Shown: positions 38,742 to 48,309, numbered from the stretch's first letter. The stretch is 64,000 bases of DNA from Candidatus Aenigmatarchaeota archaeon (GCA_043814985.1 JBDRJK010000011.1:10710-74709); one strand, 5' to 3'. The notes: a model not told the origin generated them from the letters alone. Translations and numbers: made by a program.

Positions 38742-38970
38742 TTTTAATGTTCTGTATCACTCCTGTAATAATCCTGTACAGTTTCTGTGCGTAATTTGTC
38801 TCAGAGGGGATTAAATAATTCTTAATTTTATTCTGTTTATGATTAAATTTCTAGAAAGTCTAGAGATGAGTCTAGCGCCGAGGAGGGGCGCTATATCAAG
38901 CTGAGGTTCACCGCGAGGCTTAGGTTTTCCTAGGGAGACAAAATACCCAAAATATTATGGTGAAATTAAT

Positions 38971-39642
38971 ATGAATAACAAAATAATCGCAGCAATTCTT
39001 GGTCTTTTGATGGTAGCATCACCAGCACTAGCATGGAATGTTAACATAGATGCAACTGTTAATAATGCAGTAGCAGGTATATTTGGTGCAGGTGCAGGTA
39101 GTGATACTGGTTTCAGTTATGCAGTTTCTTCAACTGGTGGAATAAGTGGAAGCGGTAACATTGATTTACACGGTGGAGGCAGCAATAACGGTGGAGGAAT
39201 GGGATTAGAAATAGGCGGATCAGGAGCAGAAGGAAACATATTCGCTACACACGACTTAACAGTAATCGGATGCTGTGCAGGACAATGTCCATGCCCAACA
39301 GGTTATGTATATGATGCATCTTCAGCTGTAGAAATAACAGGTGGAGATAACGTAGAACTAGAATTAAAAGGCGGAGCAGGTGAAGAAGGAGCAGGACAAA
39401 AGCTCAAAGTCGGTGGACATGACAACTCAATAGATGCCGGGACAGTTCAAGTAGAAATGGCTTCAAGCCTAACAGTTGACGGAGAAACATCAAGTCATGT
39501 AATGGGCGCATACGGAGAAAACGTATGGTTCAAAGCATTTGGAAAGCAAAAACTTGATGCAGTAGACTGTGCTGTAAACGGATTCTTTGTATCTGTAATG
39601 GGTTTCAGAGAAGCTGTTTGCGATGGCGATAACTGCGATTAA
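38971..39642 (+). CDS. secreted Gly-rich protein
   Basis: Signal peptide 'AAILGLLMVASPALAW'; Gly-rich; 'CCAGQCPCPTG'. Confidence 0.5.
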   Translation: MNNKIIAAILGLLMVASPALAWNVNIDATVNNAVAGIFGAGAGSDTGFSYAVSSTGGISGSGNIDLHGGGSNNGGGMGLEIGGSGAEGNIFATHDLTVIGCCAGQCPCPTGYVYDASSAVEITGGDNVELELKGGAGEEGAGQKLKVGGHDNSIDAGTVQVEMASSLTVDGETSSHVMGAYGENVWFKAFGKQKLDAVDCAVNGFFVSVMGFREAVCDGDNCD

Positions 39643-39772
39643 TTAAGAACATAATCAAAAAAATCGACTCCCCTTTTTCCTTTTATTTTTTAAGGAATTA
39701 AAAATCGAAAGTTTGACTTGATACCTAATGGGTATTTAAAGTTAACTTTTTATTATTATAAAGTGGTAAAAA

Positions 39773-40804
39773 ATGAAGAAAACATTAACAGGATTCGTGA
39801 TTTTATCAATTCTATTAGTATTATCAGTAAACATCGCTATTGCTGAAGAAGAGAGCGTATCATTCGATGTAACTGAGAATGAGACAAACAGCAGCTATAC
39901 TGTAAACATAGACATACAAATCTCAGGAAACGATACTCATGTAAGAGATGACCTATACGGAACAGCAACTGGTTCAGGACCAAGGGATGTGATTTTGGGA
40001 GGTGCTGAATTTGATCATAATAGCGAAGTTAGAGAGATTTGCTATCAGCCAAGCTTACAAGCATATTTTAACCAAATAGGAGACATACCACCATCAGGTT
40101 TTGCAGCATATCTAAAATCTTTGGGATATGATGATGAATCTCATATAAGTTTTATATGGAGTTTGTGCCAGCAAGAGTACATCAACCAACAGCAAGACGC
40201 ATGGTCAACAGACTCTGGCGTACAACCAACTGATATGGTCCGTTACATTACAGGTTCCATAGACTGGTTGTTGGGAAGAGAAGCAAATCCTTTAGACGGA
40301 TACAAAAAGATAGGAGTTGCCTTGGACAGTTACTTTGCTTCTGATAGGGATGTTTGGCTTCTGGTAAACAGAATAAACATTCTGGAGGTAAGAATAGAAG
40401 CATTGGAAAAGACAATAGAAAGAATCGCTTCTGAGGAATACTGTGAAATGAAGGTTGAAGCTCTAATGAAATATAATTTGAGCTATGTCAAGTGCGGAGA
40501 GAACTCGACCATCTATGCAAGAGTCGATCCAAACGAATTTGGTTTCAACATAATCGGTTACACTAACGAGGATCAATGCGCTGTAGAATGGGGATGTACA
40601 GATTGGAGTGAATGCGAGAACGGAATCCAGACTAGAAGATGTTCTGATGCAAACATGTGCGGAAGATATGAAAATAAACCAGAAGAAACACAGGTATGTG
40701 CAGTGGTTCAAGAAGATATAGAAGAGCCAGATTTAACTTATGTTTCAGTCAAGGAAGTCCTTCCAACAATACAGAGCTTGCTTCTGCCTTTGTTCGTGGT
40801 CTGA
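39773..40804 (+). CDS. secreted protein with TSP1-like Cys motif
   Basis: Signal peptide; 'EWGCTDWSECENGIQTRRCSDANMCG' paralogous to motif in 35227 gene. Confidence 0.5.
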   Translation: MKKTLTGFVILSILLVLSVNIAIAEEESVSFDVTENETNSSYTVNIDIQISGNDTHVRDDLYGTATGSGPRDVILGGAEFDHNSEVREICYQPSLQAYFNQIGDIPPSGFAAYLKSLGYDDESHISFIWSLCQQEYINQQQDAWSTDSGVQPTDMVRYITGSIDWLLGREANPLDGYKKIGVALDSYFASDRDVWLLVNRINILEVRIEALEKTIERIASEEYCEMKVEALMKYNLSYVKCGENSTIYARVDPNEFGFNIIGYTNEDQCAVEWGCTDWSECENGIQTRRCSDANMCGRYENKPEETQVCAVVQEDIEEPDLTYVSVKEVLPTIQSLLLPLFVV

Positions 40805-40837
40805 AAGCGTAACAGACCCTTTTGATTTTATTTTCTA

Positions 40838-40968
40838 CTTTGAATAGAGAGTATGTCCCCGTTCTTCAGCTCATAGTCAGCAGAGACTCTCTTCTTTGTC
40901 CTAGCATCGATTGCTCCAATGAACTTGTCACCAATATCAGTGTGAACCTTGTAGGCAAAGTCAAGGGC
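40838..40968 (-). pseudogene. orphan 3'-terminal fragment (~44 codons, TGS domain end) of an Obg-family GTPase gene; diverged direct repeat of 44122..44252
   Basis: ~88% nt identity to 3' end of 44112..45242 gene; encoded peptide [44 protein letters not shown] differs by 1 aa; upstream in-frame stop. Confidence 0.6.
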
Positions 40969-41011
40969 CTGTAGGTATCAACTTTATATTATTGTTGTCA
41001 GAATTATAATA

Positions 41012-43129
41012 ATGAAGAAAGTTATTTTATTTTCTATAATAGCAATAGTCTTGCTGAGCTCAATAACATTGGCAATGACAGACGTGAGAGCGTCAAATAT
41101 TAAATCTAATAGAGTTATAGCGCGCACAAATTCTCTAGCAGACAGGATGCTATTCAGAATGCAGGGGTGCAAAATAATTCACGAGCTGGAAGATGCGACT
41201 GCAATGAATTGCCCAGAGGCAATTGCTTCGAGATTCGAGCAAGATGAAGTTCTTTATATAATGGATTTACAAGCAGACCAACAGATAGGGGCGGACAAGG
41301 TTTGGGCTTTGGGTTATGACGGTTCTGGGGTAACAGTCGCGGTTTTGGATACAGGAGTTGATTATGACCATCAGGAGCTGTCAGACAGCATAGTTGGAGG
41401 TATAAGCTTTGTCTCATACACATCTAGCTATTCTGATGACCATGGACATGGAACACATGTCTCAGGAATAATAACTGCCAATGGTGTTGTAGCCTCTGCA
41501 GAAGGCGTTGCGCCAGGAGCAAAGGTATGGATGGCAAAAGTTTGCGATTCTGGTGGTTCTTGCTATACGAGCGATATAGCAGCTGCGATTGATTATGTTG
41601 TTGATGGGCCTGATGGTGCACCAAATACAGGAGACGAACCAGCAAAGATAATGAGCATAAGCTTGGGCGGCGGAGGAACTTCTAGGTCAAATTGTGATAA
41701 TGATTACTTGGCTTCAAAAGTTAACTGGGCAGTAAGCAAGGGTGTGACTGTTGTAGCAGCAGCAGGCAATACCGGAAGAGTAGTTAGCAGCCCTGGTTGT
41801 GCAAGCGGGGCAATAGCAGTTGGGGCAGTTGACAAAGGCGATGTAAGACCATCTTGGTCTGGCTCAGGCAGTGCGTTAGATATAGTTGCACCAGGGGTAA
41901 GCATTTATTCTAGTTTGCCGGGCGGCGCTTATGCGTCTTGGAGCGGTACTTCAATGGCAACACCGCATGTTTCAGCAACAGTGGCTTTGATGAGGCAGGT
42001 GAACCCGAGCTTAACAGACAGTCAAATCAAAAGCATACTTTATTCAACAGCCAAAGATTTAGGAAGTGCAGGATGGGATAGATATTATGGCTGGGGAAGA
42101 GTCGACGCCTACAATGCATACTTGGCTGTTAAACCAATAGAACCTGAATGCACAATTGATTCAGAATGTGATGACGGATTATACTGTAATGGAGCTGAGA
42201 CATGTATTTCAGGAGTTTGCCAATCAGGAGCATCTGTTGGCTGTTCCTATTTAGATAATCAATGCAATGTTGGAATTTGTGATGAAGCTTCAGATAGTTG
42301 TGTGGCACAACCAAGACCCGACGGAACTTCTTGTAATGACGGTTTGTTCTGTAATGTAGGAGAAACCTGTCAGGCTGGAGCATGCGGCGGAGGAGAGGCT
42401 TACACCTGTGGTGTTAATGACACTTGTACTATTGCTTCTTGTGATGAATCATCAGATAGCTGTTCAAGTTCACCAGTAGCAGACGGAACAACATGTGACG
42501 ATAATTTGTTTTGCACAGTGTATGACGCTTGTACAAGCGGTATTTGCGGTGGAGAACAAATAAACTGTAATGACGGTGTAGGATGCACTGTTGATTCTTG
42601 CAACGAGGGAACAGGCTCTTGCGATAACACGCCGGATAATTCAATATGTGATGATGAAATATATTGTAATGGTGTGGAAACATGCCATGCAACATCAGAT
42701 TGCCAGGCGGGAATCCCAGTAAATTGTAATGATAATAATTTTTGTACAGCAGATAGTTGCGTTGAAGGTTTAAAAACATGTGAAAACGTCTGGGAGGCAT
42801 GTGGTTCGACGGATGGATGCTGCGGACCCGATTGCAATAGTATAAATGATCCAGACTGTGCAACAGCTGTTAAATGCTGGAGCGGAGATTACCAATATCT
42901 CTACAGGAATTCGAATCAGATGAAAAAATTCTGCAAGTGTGCAATGGGTATTTATGGATACAATAGTTACAGTTATAGTTGGGGAAGGGAAACAGTTTAT
43001 TATTATTTAGACTCGGGAAACAATGAAGAGTGGGATACAAATTCAAGGTCATCATATCTTCCAGTAAACAAAGTAGTTTGTGCAGACGGTGAACCATACT
43101 CGACTGGCGAAGATTACTACTACGGTTAA
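41012..43129 (+). CDS. secreted subtilisin-like serine protease (S8) with C-terminal Cys-rich repeats
   Basis: Signal peptide; Asp 'VAVLDTGVD', His 'HGHGTHVSG', Ser 'GTSMATPHVS'; >=6 repeats 'CxDGLYCNGAETC'. Confidence 0.85.
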   Translation: MKKVILFSIIAIVLLSSITLAMTDVRASNIKSNRVIARTNSLADRMLFRMQGCKIIHELEDATAMNCPEAIASRFEQDEVLYIMDLQADQQIGADKVWALGYDGSGVTVAVLDTGVDYDHQELSDSIVGGISFVSYTSSYSDDHGHGTHVSGIITANGVVASAEGVAPGAKVWMAKVCDSGGSCYTSDIAAAIDYVVDGPDGAPNTGDEPAKIMSISLGGGGTSRSNCDNDYLASKVNWAVSKGVTVVAAAGNTGRVVSSPGCASGAIAVGAVDKGDVRPSWSGSGSALDIVAPGVSIYSSLPGGAYASWSGTSMATPHVSATVALMRQVNPSLTDSQIKSILYSTAKDLGSAGWDRYYGWGRVDAYNAYLAVKPIEPECTIDSECDDGLYCNGAETCISGVCQSGASVGCSYLDNQCNVGICDEASDSCVAQPRPDGTSCNDGLFCNVGETCQAGACGGGEAYTCGVNDTCTIASCDESSDSCSSSPVADGTTCDDNLFCTVYDACTSGICGGEQINCNDGVGCTVDSCNEGTGSCDNTPDNSICDDEIYCNGVETCHATSDCQAGIPVNCNDNNFCTADSCVEGLKTCENVWEACGSTDGCCGPDCNSINDPDCATAVKCWSGDYQYLYRNSNQMKKFCKCAMGIYGYNSYSYSWGRETVYYYLDSGNNEEWDTNSRSSYLPVNKVVCADGEPYSTGEDYYYG

Positions 43130-43138
43130 AAATTCTTT

Positions 43139-43564
43139 TTATTTCCTGCTCTGTACGGGAAGGTATTTCTCTGTAAGCTCTTTTTTCATAGAAAAAATTT
43201 TGTTTATTATTTCCTTTCCTTGCCCAAATTCAATCTTTGTTCCATAATAATTTATGCTGTTCCTTATCCATCTCAATCTGTCAAACTTCCCATAGTCAAA
43301 GCCCTTGAGCAAGTCTTTCAGTAGTTCCCCTATGCAGACGTGTGATAGAACCTTGTAGCCCTTGGAAATGCAGACTGCCTCCAGAACCTCCCTCAGAGAA
43401 TCATAGGCAAGGGAGACATAAGCAGATATGTTTATGCTGTCAATCGGCGCCTTCCTTACTGCCATCTCCTTTATGTAGGACATTTCTAACAATGACTTGA
43501 CAAGCTCCCCATCTATTCTAGCCTTCTTTATCAACCCTTTCTCAAAGCATTCACTTAAGTCCAT
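43139..43564 (-). CDS. HEPN-domain protein (partner of MNT)
   Basis: 141 aa all-alpha; 'RLRWIRNSINYYG' HEPN-like R-x4-6-N/H motif; 10-nt overlap with MNT gene. Confidence 0.5.
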   Translation of the reverse strand: MDLSECFEKGLIKKARIDGELVKSLLEMSYIKEMAVRKAPIDSINISAYVSLAYDSLREVLEAVCISKGYKVLSHVCIGELLKDLLKGFDYGKFDRLRWIRNSINYYGTKIEFGQGKEIINKIFSMKKELTEKYLPVQSRK

Positions 43565-44103
43565 TCAATACTACCCTCTATGGCTATGCCGTTCAGCACG
43601 TTGCTGATAAGATGCTTGTTTTTAAGCTCTTTAACATTCTTTACCACAAAGAGTTGTAGCGTTCTGTTCAACCTCTTTTCAAACTTCCTGGTTTGAGGAA
43701 ATTCCTTTGTCTTCTCGGAGACAACCAGCAGGTCGAAATCGCTTGTTTTTGTGTCAAGACCACTCGCGGCAGAGCCAAAAAGGACAATTGCCGGTTTCAT
43801 ATAGAATGCGTTCAAGGCAGCGACCAGACCCGATTTCCTCAGCTTCCTTATGTTATAGTAGGTCTTCAGGTCCCTGTAGGAGTCGCTTTCAAGGTCCGAC
43901 CTGTACAGATTGAAGCCCCTTTCCTTCCTTTCCTTCAGAAGGCCCTCCTTTGCCATTCTTTTCAGTTCCTTGCTCGCAGTCGCCGGTGAGATTTCCGAAA
44001 GCCTGGCAACCTCCCTGACATTGAATTCCTTGGCAGGGTCCTCAAAGAATATTTTCAGTATGTTTAATTTATTGAACATATGTTTAATTTTATGAACAGA
44101 CAT
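43555..44103 (-). CDS. wHTH + minimal nucleotidyltransferase (MNT)
   Basis: 'VLFGSAASGLDTKTSDFDLLVV' GS-x9-DxD; N-terminal wHTH. Confidence 0.65.
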   Translation of the reverse strand: MSVHKIKHMFNKLNILKIFFEDPAKEFNVREVARLSEISPATASKELKRMAKEGLLKERKERGFNLYRSDLESDSYRDLKTYYNIRKLRKSGLVAALNAFYMKPAIVLFGSAASGLDTKTSDFDLLVVSEKTKEFPQTRKFEKRLNRTLQLFVVKNVKELKNKHLISNVLNGIAIEGSIEWT

Positions 44104-44111
44104 TTAAATAA

Positions 44112-45242
44112 TTATCTTCTGCTTTGAATAGAGAGTATGTCTCCGTTCTTCAGCTCATAGTCGGCAGAGACTCTTTTCTTTGTCCTAGCATCGATTGCTC
44201 CAATGAACTTATCACCGATGTCCGTATGGACCTTGTACGCCATGTCCAAGGCAGTTGACCCCTTGGGTAAGAGAAACACGTCTGGAAGAACATTGCCCTT
44301 CTTGTCAGACATTTTGGATTCGTTCTCAACAGGAAAAACAGCAATGTAATTAAGGAATTCAAAGACAGCCTTGTTCAGGCAGTCCTGGACACCGGTTGAA
44401 CCATACTTGTCAAGAACAACCTTCCTTATCAGCTCAAGGCCCTTTTTCTGGTTCTCGTTCAGCTCCTTTTTTATTTCAAATGTCTTGCTTCCAGGGACAT
44501 AGTCAATGAAACTTACCTTGGATGCAGTCCTCAGAGTTATCTCTGCCTCAGCAGAGCAGGGAACAATGGTCAGCTCAGGAAAATCACCCTTCATCCTTTC
44601 CAGATTGTCATGAGAGCTCGGCAAGTCAATTTTGTTGGCAGCTATAAGAATCTGTTTTGAAAGCTTTCTCAGCTCCCTTGCCAAACCCAAGGGTTCCAGC
44701 CCAGCCTCGTTAAGAGCAGTTTCAATGTGATCGGGCTTGATTCCCAGACCAGACAAGATATCAGATGCCTTCTCCTTGTCCCTTATCTTGGCAAGGTTCC
44801 TCTTGATGACTGAAGCAAACCAGAGCTCAATCTCATTCTCCAGGAACTTCACGTCTTCAGAGGGATTGTGCTTGTCTGTTGCATTGCCCTCAGCATCTGT
44901 TTTCCCAGACGCGTCGACAATATGTATCAGCATATCTGTCTGTATGATGTCAGTCAAGAACCTGTTACCCAAGCCTTTCCCCTCGTGGGCTCCTGGAATC
45001 AAACCAGCAACATCCCACAGCTTTACAGGTATCATCCTTGTCCCGTTAACGCACTGGGAGTTCTTGGGGCTGCACTTCAAGCCCAGTTCCTTGCAAGGAC
45101 AGTCTGTAGTAACATAGGCAACACCAACATTGGGTTTGATCGTGGTGAACGGCCTTGAGGATATTGGGACGTCAATCATGGTCGAAGACTTGAAAAAACT
45201 CGACTTACCGGAAGATGGTTTACCGCAGATAGCAATTTCCAT
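44112..45242 (-). CDS. Obg-family GTPase with C-terminal TGS domain (Ygr210/MJ1332-like)
   Basis: G1 'GKPSSGKSSFF', G3 'DVAGLIPGA', Cys-rich insert, TGS '[13 protein letters not shown]'. Confidence 0.8.
   Translation of the reverse strand: MEIAICGKPSSGKSSFFKSSTMIDVPISSRPFTTIKPNVGVAYVTTDCPCKELGLKCSPKNSQCVNGTRMIPVKLWDVAGLIPGAHEGKGLGNRFLTDIIQTDMLIHIVDASGKTDAEGNATDKHNPSEDVKFLENEIELWFASVIKRNLAKIRDKEKASDILSGLGIKPDHIETALNEAGLEPLGLARELRKLSKQILIAANKIDLPSSHDNLERMKGDFPELTIVPCSAEAEITLRTASKVSFIDYVPGSKTFEIKKELNENQKKGLELIRKVVLDKYGSTGVQDCLNKAVFEFLNYIAVFPVENESKMSDKKGNVLPDVFLLPKGSTALDMAYKVHTDIGDKFIGAIDARTKKRVSADYELKNGDILSIQSRR
44122..44252. repeat. 131-bp direct repeat (3' end of GTPase gene), partner of 40838..40968
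   Basis: ~88% identity; mostly synonymous differences. Confidence 0.7.
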
Positions 45243-45314
45243 GTTTTATCACAAATTTTTACTATGCTTAACAATACAAAATAATTTATATTAAGGTTTG
45301 ATTAATATATCCTT

Positions 45315-45818
45315 ATGCAAACCCCTTTGTGCCATGATTGTTTGACATCTAAAAACTTGTGCGATACATGTCACTCAAAGCTAGAAAACAACGAGCTGAC
45401 TGAAAAGGAAATCAGTGTTCTGAGATTCATCTACAACCTGAGCACCAAGACGATGAGCTTGCAGGACATCAAGATTGTAAAGGTAATTGACAGAGGAGTC
45501 CTTCTCATAATAACAGGAAGAGGGAATGCAGCAAGACTGGTTGGCAAGGGAGGCGCTGTTGTCAAGCTTATAGCAAAAAAATTCAAGAAGTCAATAAGAA
45601 TCCTGGAAGAGGCCTCCAACATCAAGGACTTCGTGGAGGAACTGGTCACGCCAGCCAAGGTCAACGGCATAAACACCCTGTACAGGGACAACGAGGAGAT
45701 ATTCAGGGTGAGAGTCCCTGAGATACAGAAGAACCATTTGTTACTTTCTCAGGAAGACTTTTCCAGTGTTATTTCAAGCTTCTACGACAAGAAGGTCGAG
45801 CTTGTTTTCGACATCTAA
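45315..45818 (+). CDS. KH-domain RNA-binding protein with N-terminal Zn ribbon
   Basis: 'CHDC...CDTCH' and KH 'VGKGGAVVK'. Confidence 0.45.
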   Translation: MQTPLCHDCLTSKNLCDTCHSKLENNELTEKEISVLRFIYNLSTKTMSLQDIKIVKVIDRGVLLIITGRGNAARLVGKGGAVVKLIAKKFKKSIRILEEASNIKDFVEELVTPAKVNGINTLYRDNEEIFRVRVPEIQKNHLLLSQEDFSSVISSFYDKKVELVFDI

Positions 45819-46435
45819 ATCAATTTTATCTTCTTTGCAATCTTCTTGATTGGCAGGATTAGTACTATCGATCCGATTAGGAATCCGTTTATCGAGCCTG
45901 ATAATATATCGAAGGGATAGTGAACCCCGATGTAGATTCTGCTAATGCCGACCAGCAAGGCCAATGCGAAGAACAGTTTGCTGAACTTCTTGTAGAACGA
46001 GCCAAGTACCACTGCTCCCGAGAACGCCCTTTGAGTATGGCCAGAGGGGAAGCTGGGGCCAAGGTCCATCTCAAGGCTGAGAAAATTCAGGTCCGAAAGG
46101 TTCTCAAACGGCCTGGGCCTGGAAATTAGGAACTTGAGGAAAAACAGGGACACTGTGTCTATTATGAAGGCAAGGACAAGGTAGATTGATGCCTTCCTCT
46201 TGCCCCTCATCCAGAGCAGCATTACTGCCACTATCCAGAAGACTGACGAGCCCAGATAAGTTATAAACACAAAGAAGGGATCTAGCAAAGGGTTTGATAT
46301 TGAGTTTACAGCGAGAAAAAGCTGTTGGTCGAACGCCATTATCTGGTCCAAGAACAGTAAGGAGACCGCGTAAATCGTAACACCAATAAGTATTTTCCTT
46401 TTCAATTCCATAAAAGTATTTAGATATAAAGGCAA
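45815..46435 (-). CDS. PAP2-family phosphatase (membrane)
   Basis: 'PSGHT', 'SRIYIGVHYPFD' PAP2 motifs; 5-6 TM. Confidence 0.8.
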   Translation of the reverse strand: MPLYLNTFMELKRKILIGVTIYAVSLLFLDQIMAFDQQLFLAVNSISNPLLDPFFVFITYLGSSVFWIVAVMLLWMRGKRKASIYLVLAFIIDTVSLFFLKFLISRPRPFENLSDLNFLSLEMDLGPSFPSGHTQRAFSGAVVLGSFYKKFSKLFFALALLVGISRIYIGVHYPFDILSGSINGFLIGSIVLILPIKKIAKKIKLI

Positions 46436-46449
46436 TATATAATGATTTT

Positions 46450-46716
46450 ATGAGGAAGATAGTAACTCTGATGGTGCTGGCGTTTATAGTTTTTTCAATA
46501 GCAACAGCACTACTTCTTTTTGAAATAATATTCGGAGGAGGGTTAGAGGATTACAGCGTCATAATATGGAACTTTGCAATTTCCATTGTTTTGGTCATTA
46601 TTGCGATAACCATTATCAGGTACAGGCATGACAAGAAGAAAAGGGGAAAGAAAGAGAAAAAGGAAGTTGTATATTATGAGGCAGAAGGCGATGACTACAG
46701 AACAGAGTATTATTAA
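46450..46716 (+). CDS. small membrane protein with basic/acidic tail
   Basis: 2 TM helices. Confidence 0.35.
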   Translation: MRKIVTLMVLAFIVFSIATALLLFEIIFGGGLEDYSVIIWNFAISIVLVIIAITIIRYRHDKKKRGKKEKKEVVYYEAEGDDYRTEYY

Positions 46717-46738
46717 ATTTTAAAACTTAATTCTAATT

Positions 46739-47548
46739 ATGCCGACAAATGTTACTATTGGTTATGCCAAGGCCCAGGCGAGGTACCTTAGCGCAAAGAC
46801 CAAGGAAGAGAAGATTGCTGCTCTAGAAGATATGATAAGCGAGGCGCCTTCCCACAAGGGCGGGGAGAACCTTAGGAAGCAGCTGAAGCAGAGGCTGGCA
46901 AAGATGAAGCAGCAAAAGGAGGCCAGCACCTCGAGAAATAGTTTCAACATTCCCAAGAAAGGCGATGCCCAAGTCTGCATTCTAGGCATGACGCAAACAG
47001 GCAAATCAACCATATTGACTATACTGACCAATGCCAGACCGAAAATATCTCCACACAAGTTTACAACAGAAAAGCCCCAGATAGGGACAGTGGATTATCA
47101 AGGCGTTAAGATACAGATGATAGAGATACCATCCACATTCAAACCAATGTTCATGAGCATAGTGCACAGCTCTGACGCATTGGTTCTGGTTTACAGGAAC
47201 AAGGATGATTTAGAAAAGATAAAGGACATAATGTCCAAGTTCAGAATCAGAAAGAAATACATAGCAATAAGCAGGGACGAGGAACCCGAGAAGATAAAGG
47301 AAAAGCTATGGGGCATTCTTGGTCTGATAAAGATATTCTGCAAGGAGCCTGGCCAGAAGCCAGAGAAAACCCCAATGGTTCTGAAAGAAGGCTCGACTGT
47401 GGAGGATGCTGCAAGTGACCTTCACAAGGACTTTTCAAAATATTTCAAGTTCGCAAGGGTGTGGGGTTCCTCAAAGTTTCCAGGTGAAAAGGTCGGTCCG
47501 GAATACAAGCTGGAGGACGGAGACGTGCTGGAAGTCCACATAACTTAA
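46739..47548 (+). CDS. DRG-family GTPase (short) with TGS domain
   Basis: DRG-like N-terminal helix, G1 'GMTQTGKST', C-terminal TGS 'EYKLEDGDVLEVH'. Confidence 0.55.
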   Translation: MPTNVTIGYAKAQARYLSAKTKEEKIAALEDMISEAPSHKGGENLRKQLKQRLAKMKQQKEASTSRNSFNIPKKGDAQVCILGMTQTGKSTILTILTNARPKISPHKFTTEKPQIGTVDYQGVKIQMIEIPSTFKPMFMSIVHSSDALVLVYRNKDDLEKIKDIMSKFRIRKKYIAISRDEEPEKIKEKLWGILGLIKIFCKEPGQKPEKTPMVLKEGSTVEDAASDLHKDFSKYFKFARVWGSSKFPGEKVGPEYKLEDGDVLEVHIT

Positions 47549-48252
47549 GAAAATTTCAATCCCTTCAAATCATTATATAATTCTAAAAATGATTTTCTCA
47601 TTTGATTTGTTTTCTGTTCATTGGTTTCAATTCCATATACCATCTTGAAAAGCCTTTCAAAGTTCCTTGGTTTCTTCTTTAATTCAAGAATCTCGTTAAA
47701 GAGATTGTCTTCACTTGAGGGTCTTGTGTCGTTTAGTATAAACAATGCATGAGACATACTGTTCCATTCCCTCATTAAGAACATGTTCTTTTCTAAATTG
47801 CTTGGAGGTGTATTTTTCAATTTGTCAGCATACAATTGTGACTCTTCAATGTAGGTTTTAAAGGCCTCTTTTTTCTTTTGTTTTGGGACTGATATTATAT
47901 AATTCTTCAATTTTTCAAGGATTTTACCAGGATCGTATAAAGCAAGGGCATTCATGACCAATCCTGAAGCCAACCAACAACCAACTTCAAAATTGATTTC
48001 GGAAACCAATCCTTTTTCTGTGTTGTAATTAAAGTCTATTATAATCCCACTGATTTTTTCATGCCTTATGTTAAAAATATCTAGATTTTCAGGAATTTTC
48101 TTAACGATTATCAATAAATCTATGTCCGAACCCTCTCTTAACCTGTCAGTCGCTAGAGAGCCGTACGCAAGAACGGCAATTAAATTCGAATCCTCCTTTA
48201 GCTTACTAGTGGCATCATTCGCTATTTTGAGATACTTTTCTCTTAATTTCAT
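47545..48252 (-). CDS. nucleotidyltransferase-domain protein (Pol-beta superfamily) with helical C-terminal domain
   Basis: 'YGSLATDRLREGSDIDLLI' GS...DxD. Confidence 0.55.
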   Translation of the reverse strand: MKLREKYLKIANDATSKLKEDSNLIAVLAYGSLATDRLREGSDIDLLIIVKKIPENLDIFNIRHEKISGIIIDFNYNTEKGLVSEINFEVGCWLASGLVMNALALYDPGKILEKLKNYIISVPKQKKKEAFKTYIEESQLYADKLKNTPPSNLEKNMFLMREWNSMSHALFILNDTRPSSEDNLFNEILELKKKPRNFERLFKMVYGIETNEQKTNQMRKSFLELYNDLKGLKFS

Positions 48253-48309
48253 ACAACCAATTAATCATTTTTTGGGCGTTTATAAATATTTATCAGAACA
48301 AATAGTAGT

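Noticed and set aside
41154-42863. Several minus-strand ORFs (Gln/His/Leu/Pro-rich) inside the subtilase gene
   Set aside because: Antisense shadows of the Cys/Gly/Asp-rich repeat region; no independent support.
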